A DNA stretch of 64,000 nucleotides. Source: Podarcis erhardii. Lineage: Eukaryota. How positions within the stretch are numbered: position 1 is the stretch's first letter; every line of letters starts with the position of its first letter. The notes under the pieces are model-generated. The model had not been told where the DNA came from. It did no database searches and saw nothing but the letters and a program-made list of their open reading frames with translations. Positions 10,630 to 21,575 of this stretch are shown one piece after another. A program made the position numbers and the translations under genes. The DNA lies in the NCBI GenBank assembly GCA_964252035.1, contig OZ176201.1. The stretch is one strand, 5' to 3'.

Positions 10630-11747
10630 AAACAGCAACCATCCTTGTCTGCTCCTGGATAGTACAGGCAGCCTGGTCACACAGTGAAGGGCTGGTGCCG
10701 TGGGCACCTTCTGCTGGTGGAAGAGAGCAGTGCAATCAGGTTCACCCCTGCAGCAACCCATAAAGATCAACCTAGCTCGTACTTCTCCCAACCAGAATAC
10801 AATGCATGGGACGAACTCTGGCCCCTACTGTATCTGTTTTTCTTTTCTTGGAGAAGCTTGGGAGTCTATTCAGACTCATTCCTCTGGTTGTTGTGGGCTT
10901 CATCTCTGCACTTCTGTTAGTCATGGCATAGTGTGCCTGCTGTTGCATTCACTAAGCTCCCCAGACCAAAAACTGGGCCTTGTGTCTTTGCTATGCGTAT
11001 CTAGCAGTCCCTACCTGCAAAGGAAAGGAGCTATATGCACAAAGAGCAGAGTCTAATGTTTAAGTGGACAGATGGTACAATCTTTCACTTACCAGCGCAT
11101 CTGATTGCAGGTGGGAGAATGGCTTGTCAGTTTCTCCCTCCGTCACCAAAGCATATCAGGTGGCACAGCTGGGTAGGCTGCTGCACGATATGCCCATGTA
11201 AATATCTCAACCAACTCTGAGCAACACACACACTTGTCAAAACAGCTGCTAAGCGCTGCAGCAAAAAACACACTTGGCTTGTGGCCAGCTGGGCCCACAG
11301 GAGCGATGTTGCCTGTGAGATCAGCTTTTACCCCATCGAGAAAAGCACCACACCAAAGGGGATGTGTCCCAGTTACAGTACGAGACAGGCTTCCTGGGGC
11401 AAATGCAGAAAAGGAGCTACAGATTCAGGCTGAGGTAGAAAACCTGAGCATGTTCAGCCCCCTTGTACATGCCCCATGGGAAAAGCCCAGTGCCTGCTGG
11501 CTTGGAGTCAATGACAGCAACAGGAAGTGTACCTAAATTCAGGGGGGTTGAAGGATATGATGTGGCCGAGGGGATGCATATGGCAGTGCCTGGCCTGCAA
11601 GAAGTGTTATAAATTAAAAAAACACACAACTGAGCTCAGCTGTGCTGAACAGCAGCCGCCTTTGACAGAGGTGCTCTCGAAGCAAGGAGAGTCCATCTTG
11701 TGGAGAAGCTGCCTGGGCATGCGGCCCTGCCCTGCAGGGTCCAGGCA

Positions 11748-11847
11748 CTAGGAGGTGGCTGGCTTCATGTAATCATCCACACCCGTGATGGTGGCTTTGC
11801 AGAAGAAGCAGTCCTTGTTGTTCATCAGGTGCTGGTTGATGCAGGCT
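11748..11847 (-). CDS. RNF123: RNF123 last coding exon: [32 protein letters not shown]
   Basis: Second half of the RING, acceptor tttctag, TAG at 11748-11750. Confidence 0.96.
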
Positions 11848-12517
11848 CTAGAAAGACAAGAGCAGGAGGCCTTGGACATTTGTTCACAGCTACAGGCCGA
11901 GCTTTGGCCCAACAATACGTATCTAGTACCTAAAAGCCCCTTGCTGGGTCTAAATGAGTGCAAGTGTCCTGTGCATGCAAGATAATGCCCACTTTCCTCT
12001 TAAAATCAAATTCTACAGCTTCTCTATAAAACAAATTATACAAATTTGTTTTGGGGGCATGTGCTAAGCCATGGTAATGACTTAAGAGGAATGGGAGACA
12101 CTGAAGTCTTCCCCTGCCCCCAACCAGTTTGAATCCTGATCAGCCTTCCCCATGGTTTCTAAGATTTAAATACAAATGGCACACTTTATCAACCAAACTT
12201 TGCAGCCCAAAAGGTTAAAATGCTAGCTTTAAAAAACAAACAAATCAGTTGAATCTAATCTGCATGCGCAGTGCAGTCACAGCCTTGCATATGGGAGAGC
12301 TGGCCTAAGTAGCTATTCAGAAGCATCGTGCTGCTGTGTCTTTCCATTAGGGCAACAAGTGAAAAGGAGATTTCAGTTAGGAAGCTTCAGAGAGTTCAAA
12401 TGGCAAAATTCGTTAATTAAATCTCCAGTTATGGTCTGGGGCACCTTCTAGGACCCCTTCCATCCAACCAGAAAGCAAAAGTAGAGAAAAGCCCACATCC
12501 CCCAAGGGATTACTCAC

Positions 12518-12603
12518 TTGCAGGACTTGTGGGAGCATGGCTTGAATACGGCAGATATGGGATGCGCGTAGCAGATGGGGCACAGGTCCTCCTCACTGGT
12601 GGG
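12518..12603 (-). CDS. RNF123: RNF123 exon: [28 protein letters not shown]
   Basis: First half of the C3HC4 RING, 86 nt, AG/GT flanks. Confidence 0.96.
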
Positions 12604-14997
12604 CTGCAAAGAAGCAACACACCACTCAGCTTATTGGCAGCTGCCAACACCCAGCCCACATCATGGGGTAATGCAAGGCGTCTCACGGCAGAAGAACAGC
12701 AGCTCATTAGCAGTTAATAACATGAAGGTTCTGCACTAGCTGCTTGAAACTGAAATGGCTGGTTGGCTTCGTACACTTCATGCCAGGGCTTACTTAAGAT
12801 ACATGCTGCAAATCTTGGATCAGAACCACTTGTGTTGCTTTGATCCATGCGGCAACTCTCTAAGAGTGTTGCCAGTGAGGTAGGAGGGGAAATGGCTCCA
12901 GGAAGATTCCACTATCAGCTATGAGGGCTCTACTCTCTCAGGAGGGCTAAATGAACTGGAGGGCTACCTCTACCTCCATGGCCAAGGAAAGAGGAGAAAA
13001 CAGGAATTCTAGCCTCCTGTGTCCTGTTCTTCACAGGGCAATGTCCTAACTTTGATTGCTCCTCCTCATGGCCTGATTAGGCCCCGGGTGTCTAAAGGGG
13101 AAGTGTGATAGGTTTGTCTCGCTCTTGGTGCAAAATGTTATAGGAACATTAGCGGATGAACCTCTCTCCCACTGCCACTGCGCTGTGAAGCCCTGGCCTG
13201 TGAAGCCCACGTTTCCTTGCCAACTATGCTCTGTAATCAGGGGAAGGGTGTTTTTAAAAAGTTAGCTATTAATTTTATTTCCTCTTCTTTTAAATGTAAC
13301 GTCTTTCACTGGGGAGTTCTATAAAAATGCTGATGACCATAGGGACTGCACTCCTTTGGGTATTATGAGGACTCCTCCCGGATGATGTCATAATGGAAGG
13401 GAGGGCCTTGTCTGTCCAAGAGGAGAGGGAATCCCAGTGAGCAGACTGCTGCCACTAGGGGGAGAAAGTGAGATTTTTAAAAAGTTTCGAAAAGATAACA
13501 ATATAAATGTATCTCTTATGAATCTCCCCCTTGGAGCACGGACCATGAGCTCTGCCTCTAAAGAAGACTGTTAATTGCACCTATACATATCCTGCTATCT
13601 TTCAATATAATTTTGGGAGAGCTAATAATCTCAGCAGCGGAAGCAGTAGTAAAGAATATACGGGACTAGTCAACTTCTCTGCACTTGTCTCCCTGTGCAA
13701 AGAATGTACAGAGTTCAGCTTAGCTTGAGGTGCTTAATGAAGGTTTGTTTCCTGCCCCGGGGTTGGCCTAGGCTAAGAGCATGAGTTCCTACTGAACCCA
13801 GGGACAGTGTGTTCCCATCCCATCAGCTCTCTCTCCCACCCCATCCCCACCCTGTCCTCCTGCAGCAGCCTTTATGCAGCTCCAAACTGCAGCTGGAAGA
13901 TGAGCAGCCACATTAATAATTCAGATCCTACCCCTGGCAGAGATCAGGTTGCTTCCTGGATCACAGCTTCTCTCTGGAGGTCACCCAGACAGAGCAACAT
14001 GCGGGGGCTGTTTCAGCAGCCAGAGTCCATCTGGGTAGCTTCTGTGGTGCTTAAGCTCCTCCTCCCTCCATGCCCATCCAGTCCAATTTTTTTCCAACAA
14101 AGAAACCCAGTTCTGTGCCTTCAATTTCGCAAATTCATCTTGAACAGTTTATTCTGCTTCCAAGGTTCAGAATTTCAAAAGAAATTGGAATTGTTTGGGC
14201 AAATATTTGGGTTGGGTGGGGGGGGGGTAGGGGAGGGAGAATGGAGCTCTAAGGCCTCACTTCCCTGAAGACAGTGGAACTCCTTCCCACTGGGATATCT
14301 GCTTGGCTGCTGGGTGTTTGCAGATTACAGATGGTGAAGAACACACAGAACAAGCATATTTCAGTGGTCATAAGTAAGTGCTGTACTCGGTGACCTTGTA
14401 AAGTGAGCACAAAGCAAAGGAATTTTGACTCTCATATTCATTCTATGTTGTACTACTGCTGGGCTGGCTAAACCCTGGTTTAGGGGCCTGTTCTGACCCC
14501 TCAGTCAGTTTTTGTCTGACTCCCCACCACCAATTTTGGCAGTGCCAGAAAAAGGGGGGAAATAGTGAAATACACTCGGTATGAGGTAGGTGGGCTTCAG
14601 AGCCTTCGATGTTCCCCCTTCCTAGTCATCAGGCTGATCATTTGATGGGGGATGATAATAACCCAATTTCCTCAGTTGATCAGCATGGATCAGCTGGTGG
14701 GGGGGCTGTGTGCCTCTTGAGTGTGTTATGTGTGTGTGCATGAAAGTGCTAAGGGTGGGCACCCCCACAACTGGCATGTAAACCTCAGAGCAGGGGCCAA
14801 GGATGAATGGACCCTCCGCCCAAAAAAAGAAGAGCCACCCCTGCTTAATCCTGCTTGTTGAGGATATTATTAGCTTAGTAAGTGTGCTTTAGCACCTGTG
14901 CATATGTATGCTACGCATCTACCTGTGCCCATTCTCAGATCCTGCTTCCACAGGAAAACACACTGTCCTTACAGATGGCTCAGAACTAGCCCTAAAG

Positions 14998-15107
14998 CAG
15001 GGGTGGTTATGAGGGTGATGCCAATATATTGCTGGACTCCCAATGGTCAGCAGTGATGGGAGCTGGAGTCCAGCAGCAGCTGGAGGGCACCACATTGGCT
15101 ATTGCTG
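14998..15107. mobile_element. hAT-type MITE
   Basis: CAG...CTG ends, the internal motif shared by this MITE family, near-identical 8 bp flanks CCCTAAAG / CCCTACAG. Confidence 0.7.
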
Positions 15108-15416
15108 CCCTACAGCATTAGAGGTCAGCATCAACCTTTGCCATGGAACGTGGACATTTACCCCATATGGTTTTAACATGTCCAAGCCAAACCAGGTCCC
15201 CAAGAAACAGAGCCACCCAGTGTTGCCAAGCAAGGTCAGTAACGGCCCTAGTATCTGCAGGACCCTGTGAATGCTGCACCTTCACTTCCCTCAGGCAATG
15301 CAGCAAGGGCTGGTGCTTGATCTTTTGCCTCGGTTGAGGTCCTGCGAGGGGTGGTGCTATGGAGGGTGCCTTGGGCAAGTGGCCACACACATTCAGTTCA
15401 TTAGGTGGAAGCTTAC

Positions 15417-15511
15417 CAAGGTGGAGGCTGCAGCCTGCTTGGACTCTTCGCTGAGGTGGCCCAGCATTTGCTCCACCTTGGCCAGCTCTTCCTGGCTGAT
15501 GTAATCAGTGT
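15417..15511 (-). CDS. RNF123: RNF123 exon: TDYISQEELAKVEQMLGHLSEESKQAAASTL
   Basis: 95 nt, phase consistent, similar to human ADYISADELAQVEQMLAHL as recalled. Confidence 0.94.
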
Positions 15512-16338
15512 CTGCAGAAAAACAGAGAGATTAATGATAAAGGAAGGACAAGTGGCAGCAGAGTGGGGGGGGCACAGGTTCTACTATTACTATGCAGAGC
15601 AGGGGGTGTGGGGGGCCTTGCCCCGGATTTCTTTTTTCAGCCCCATCCCACCAATGACTAGTTGGGAGGGATTAAAATGAAGCTGCGGTGGAGGTGTTTG
15701 GCCACATGATGGCAGAGCCCAGCATGAGCTGATCTGTTAACCAAGTGAGGCACCTTGTTCTCAGTGTTATCACAGGACAGAGGAAAACGGCTTTGCGCAG
15801 TAGTGATCTATGGGACAGGGACAAGGGTAGAGTTCTCAAAAGCCACCAGATGACAGCATGCATGGAAAGCATTATGCAGGTATAGCTTCCCTGGGCATAT
15901 TGTGGCCACAACTCTTGCTACAATTAGACAACACAAAGATTTAGAGTGCTGATGAGAAATACTGGTCTATGTTTTAAAATATGCAAGCTTTGAGAGCCCC
16001 ATAGACCATGTGATCAAAGATGACCAAGTCCTCAAGACGATGCCAAGGAAATGGAGGTTAAGTATTGCATCCGGAGTGGCAAGGCATCCATGAAAGGGGT
16101 GAAAACTCTTCAGTTGTCACAAGGCAATCAAAGCTTCCTATCTGAGCAACCCATGAGGGGGAACATAGGAGGGATCCTACAAAGGTTAAGCAACATTATT
16201 GTCAGTGCCATTAAGGGCTCCAGCTGCAATATGTGAGAAAGATCTTCTGAAGGATGCATACTCCTGCATAACCCTCCCCCGCTTCTCTCTCCACCCCTGA
16301 CATTTCTGATGAGCACGTGTTTGTTCTGGGGGAGCCTT

Positions 16339-16520
16339 CATAAGAATGTAAGAAGAGCTCTGCTGGATCAGGCCAATGGCCCATGTACTCCAGCATCCTG
16401 TTCTCACAGTGAACAACCAGATGTGAGAAATCCACAAACAGAATCTGAGCACAAGAGCAGCTCCCCCTCCTGCGGTTTCCAGCAACTGGTATTCAGAAGC
16501 ATTACTGCCTCTGACCTCTG
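16339..16520 (-). mobile_element. CR1-like LINE 3' end
   Basis: Begins CATAAGAATGTAAGAAGAGC...GCTGGATCAGGCC. Related copies at 19471 and 38639; the latter sits next to CR1 RT sequence in the same orientation. Confidence 0.65.
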
Positions 16521-18964
16521 CCTCTTTGGATTGCTTAGGCCTCTGGGATTTGACACAGCAAAGCGCCTGCGAGAACTAGCATAGTTTTCCTTACTGGGTA
16601 GAGCAGGAAAAAATGGTTGGCAGAGAAGGCACAGGGCAACTCTGGCCATGCCCATACACCCGAGTCTATGAAGCAACCTTCAGAAGCGGATCTAATATTT
16701 GCAAAGACTGCCTATGGCAGAGAATATCAGCCGCTGGGCCAGCTCAGTATCAGCATAGGTGCTGCTGCTGGCAGATACACAAGGACATGCATTTTTGGAA
16801 TCAGGCTTTTAGACAGACACTCTCTGGTGGGTGGGGCGGGAACATTCCCTCCACAGCCCAGAAATAGGATGGGAACACAAGCCCTTTGCTGCAGGGTAAG
16901 GGAATTCAGAGCGAGGCGAGAGGGTGCAACAGTAGGGAATGCTAGGCTGGCGGGGGAGGGGCAGGGGACTCCGCATGCTCCATTCTGGGAAACAATTAAC
17001 AGTGCCTCTTTAAGATATAATGCACAGTGCATTGCGGAAAACAAAAGAGAATCTGCCTGTGGTGTCCTCTGCAGGCTACTGCCTTCCCTCTAGCACACGT
17101 TTTCACACTATCAGCAGGAAAAGGGAACCTGCAGTTGGCAGGCAGGGAAGTCCCACTTAATGATGACACTAGCGGGAAGGAAAGGACAGTGGTTATAATC
17201 CCTGTAGACTCGAATACAGCAGCAACCACCCCAAGGCAAAGCCTTGTTCCATGTGAGGCATCCCCCCAGCTTTAGGGTTCCCAGTTAACAGTAAACCTAG
17301 AGCACTTTCTAATATTACTTTCCTTTTTTTCCCCAGCAGAGGATCATCATCAACCTGCCGTAGTACTGCTTCAATTTTTTTTCCAAGCACTCAACAGTGA
17401 GCATATTTGGACATGGTAGAGTAATTGTCATTACCCCCTTCCATTTCTCTTGGATGTAGCTTTCCTGGGCTCAGCAGAGATTCACAAGGGAAAATACCAG
17501 AGATCATACTTGAGCTAAGATGTGGTTTATCATATTGGCTAAATGGCCTAAGATGCCTCAGTTCTGTAAAAACCTGGAAGTGTATTGCTTTTTATCAAGG
17601 CTGGACTAAAGACGTTTTGTTGCCTGAGATCTGAAGAACAAGATGACACCCTCCTTCCCATGCCATGTATAAAATCCAACCAGACTGGCAACTGAATCTT
17701 AGTTCAACAGTAACAATGGGGTCCTCCACTGCACCCAAGGACAGCAGCCTAGCACAGTGGGCGTAGGGCAGATTGCACGGCAATCACACAGGGCCAGTCC
17801 TACTATTAGGCAGAGCGCAACAGCCGCCTTAGGCAGCAGATGCTGGAGAAGCAACATCCCCTGGCCAGTCCTCCAGTGTCCTTTTGGCAGCTCCCCACCT
17901 TGGGAGGACAGAGCTGTGTGTGCCATGTGGCCTGTCTTGCACCTTCCTAAGTTAGCTTGCTGCCTTCAGGTGCTGAAATATGCTATCCCATCACAAGTGC
18001 TGATGCAGCTTTCAGTCCAGTCAACTTCTGTGCATGGAATGGTGAGGGAGGGGAGAGGCTATCATCTAGTCCTTTGACTCAGGCAGCAAATTATCTTGAG
18101 CGGGCCCTGCACACAATGGCTCTCCCCTTTAGCACTTTGCTGTTGCTCCCTATCCCACAGTATCTGCCTCACTCTGCCTAATGGTAGGGCTGGCCCTGGT
18201 CTGCATGCATTCGCAGATGGAGAACAAAAACTGGAAATGCCTCCCCCCCCCCCAAGCCTGAGGCAAGGAGGCCTTCAGCCAGCCTTTCATAGAGAGAGTG
18301 AGATAAATCACAATGGCCACAATTCAGCAGAGGTTAAAAGAAAAAGATTTGCTGCCTGCTGCAGTAATCTTCCACAGTTCTCAATCACTTCAGCAGCTCT
18401 GCACCACTACCCCAGTCACATAATGCCTTATTTCGTCATCAGCTCAAGATCTCCATGGAACTAACAGTTTCTAGAGGTTGTGTAAATAAAGCCTGCACTA
18501 TTCCTTAGGGATCACGGTTTCCTCCATCTCAGCGCTCCAATTGCTTTCCTCTATCTCAGCAAACTTCAAGGGCATGGGCAGAGCCAAGGACAGGAGCTTG
18601 GTTCTCTCTCTCTCTCTCGCTGGACACACATTTCTTTTAAGAGATGGCATGTGGCAGTTTGGTATGCAAATGCATACATAACAGTACGTATTTTTTCGCT
18701 ATAGAAATTTTTTTTGCTGCCATCCTACCCAGCGAATAGGAATGGATCCTTAAAATGGGCTGTGGGGCAAAGTTAAGTGAAAATAAAATAAGAAAAGATG
18801 CAAACTTCTTCTTCTCTGAAAACACACACAGTGGGGCGGATGCACAGTGTGGGTACTCTACACAGCCACGACGGGTCCCTCCGGGGAACCATAAGCAGTG
18901 CCATGTGCTGCTCTGCTGTGCCACAGGACAGTAGGCCTGAGCAGCTGAAGAATAAGCTGCCTCT

Positions 18965-19185
18965 GTTGCTGGCATTGCTGATGCAGGAATCTGCCTTCTA
19001 TTGAGGCAGGCCCTTGAGTCAATCCAGCCTCGTATAGTTTACTGTTCTAACTGGCAGCAGCTCTAGGGGGTCTTGGGCAAAACTATTTCACATCCCTTTT
19101 TACCAGATCCTTTTACCTGGAAATGTAAGAAGGCTGAACCCGGAACCTCCTTGCATGCAAATCCTGTGCCCTACCACTGGGCATC
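18965..19185 (-). mobile_element. tRNA-derived SINE (MIR/Ther1-like)
   Basis: Reverse complement has an A/B-box-like head (CCCAGTGGTAGGGCAC...GGTTCCGGGTTCAGCC); similar to the copies at 37.4 and 51.9 kb. Confidence 0.55.
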
Positions 19186-19470
19186 CCACAAGTCCACATT
19201 GCTCTGCTAAACCCCCTCAAGGATACCCTGCACCTGCTCTATGCATCGAGCTACAGTCAGCTCACACCACCCAATTTGTGACTTATCTTGTTTTATTGTG
19301 TTGTTATTTTACAGCAGATGCATTTTAAGGTGTGGCTTTATTTTTCCATATGGCTTTATGGAAAAGCAGCTTTGAATATTTCTTAGAAGAGAGGCTAATT
19401 AGCTTACATATTATATACACCCCCCCTTTTAAACCTATTCTTTTGTCTGAATTCTTAGCTGATCCTTCTT

Positions 19471-19575
19471 AGGAAACGTAAGAAGGGCCCTGCTGGATCA
19501 GGCCCATGGGCTCATGTAGTTCATCATCCTATTCTCAGAGTAGTCAACCATATGCCTGTGGAAACAGGATGGAAA
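19471..19575 (-). mobile_element. CR1-like LINE 3' end
   Basis: Same terminal motif as the 16339 copy. Confidence 0.6.
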
Positions 19576-19892
19576 AGTTGTTGCTGTTGCTGTTGGAGAG
19601 CAGAGGCACAGCAAGAGAAAAACAGGGAGTTATTCCCATGTTGTTGCCACTGGGCAAATATATTTGGTGGCCTCAAATACACAAAGCATCTGTGAAGAGC
19701 AGGGACAGGCAAGGAGGGAGGAGACACAAGACAGCTGTTTACAAGCTCTGTAGCGGAGATCTCAGTGATACCCTTTCTACAAAAGGCACCTAGGAGTTAC
19801 CCAAATGGCAAAGTGGCAAGCAACAAGGAGCCATGCAGGAACAAGCAACTCATGGCTTATGTTAAGCACAGCAAATCAGAGGAGATACTTAC

Positions 19893-20035
19893 AGCTCTGC
19901 AGGGAGAAATGTTTCTTGTCAGCAGAAGCTGATGTCATCCCCAGGACTAGAGGCTCCGTGTTCCCCAACAAGTACTGAATAGAACGGAGCTGGAAACAGG
20001 GATCTGCCAGCAGCACAGCTGTTGCCCGCTCAGCA
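19893..20035 (-). CDS. RNF123: RNF123 exon: [24 protein letters not shown]...FSLQS
   Basis: 143 nt, [12 protein letters not shown] motif, donor gtaagt. Confidence 0.95.
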
Positions 20036-21454
20036 CTGGAAAGGCAGACAGAAAGACATGCTTTATGAAGGCCTTGTCTTGGAATTACAGGTAGGTAGCC
20101 GTGTTGGTCTGCCATAGTCAAAACAAAATAAAAAAATTCCTTCCAGTAGCACCTTAAAGACCAACTAAGTTAGTTCTTGGTATGAGCTTTCGTGTCTTGG
20201 AATGACAGCACACCTCGTTGCTCTCAGCAATCCCTGTGTGACATGTTTGTGTTCATGAGAACTGGCATCTTTAGGAGTAAAGGACACACTCTCTAGTCTT
20301 TAGAGCAATATTGCTTCATTAATATTGTTGTCAGACCTCCTGCCCTGAGGCCATCAAAAGCTGCTCCCATTGCTCACTGGTGGCCTAGCACAGCAATGGA
20401 TGTTACAGATCCAATGGCAATGGGAGAGGAAAAGGCAGGAAGTCAGAGAATGGGCCCGTATGGTGCCTCCTAAGAAACAGGGTCTTAGGGTCAGGCTGGC
20501 TGCTTTATAAAGACATCTGGAACTCCCTCTTGGCCACAGTTGGTGGTCTCAAAGTGTAGTACATCTTGACAGGTCCACCTGACTTAACATCGTATGAGTT
20601 ATTTTCTAGGTTGATGAGGCTTCATTAAATGGGGACTGCTTAATTCCAGAGGCTGGTCCCTCAGAAGCCAACGGCTTTTGTACAGACACACAGCACAGCT
20701 TAATGAGCACCAAATTTTCCAGCCACCTTGGTGTACAAGTTGCACACAATCAGAGGGCAAATGTCTCCAAAAAGCAACAGCATCCTGGCAAATTAAATAG
20801 GTCTTGAACAGCAGAAATTGCATTCTTCATTTGATTGATATTCAACTCAAGAGCAAGAGGCAGCTGTTTAGCAACTAGATTGACTGACATACTGCATTTG
20901 CTATATGCTGCAGCCTGGAAGAACAAGAATGGGTGCAGGCGGGGGGAGGAAATGTCACCATGAATTGTCTTGACTAGGAAGCAGAACCTCCATACATTTT
21001 AAGCACCTCTTTCAGCCATTTGTTGGGTCAGGTTCAACAAACAGGTCCTACTAGTGGAAGCCTGAGCAAAGGCTGGTTCTCTTCCCAGCATGCACCCCCA
21101 AATTGGCTTGGGGAGGGGTCAGAAGAACCTCCATAACAGGGGGTGGAGGGGAGATTGTTCTACCAGAAAAGCAGAAATGCTTGCACTGATGGAATGATCT
21201 CCTTATCACCATGTTGAATTTGTCCCACTATCTCTGTTATGAGGGAGATGATTAGGACAACCAGTAAATCCAAATTATGCATATTTATTTTCATGCTGAC
21301 GCCAGGTTGTCTGTTTATAAACAAGCACATGTGAGAGGAGAGAAAGCGGCTGTCCTGAAGAAGCAAAATAATTAAAAACGAATTCTCAGGCATTTAAAGT
21401 TATACTTATGAATTCCACCATTTAAAAAAAACCAACCCTCAGTGTGAAAAAGGA

Positions 21455-21575
21455 TTTTTATTTATTTATTTAATTCATACACCACCCTTCATCATAGGAT
21501 CACAGGATGCTTTACAGCATAAACACACACATTTTTTTAAAAAACAAACAAACGAAAGAATAACCCCCCTCATCA
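21455..21575 (-). mobile_element. L2-like LINE 3' end
   Basis: (TTTA)n followed by ...ATACACCACCCTTCATC...TTTACAGCATAAA; resembles the copy at 42545. Confidence 0.5.

Noticed and set aside
14481-14843. Second cargo-carrying hAT element (right end GAGCCACCCCTG)
   Set aside because: Left TIR is degenerate, 8 bp flanks do not match, and the interior is not CpG-rich; too weak to call.
16617-17093. 158 aa plus-strand ORF
   Set aside because: No homology recognised and no splice or Kozak support.
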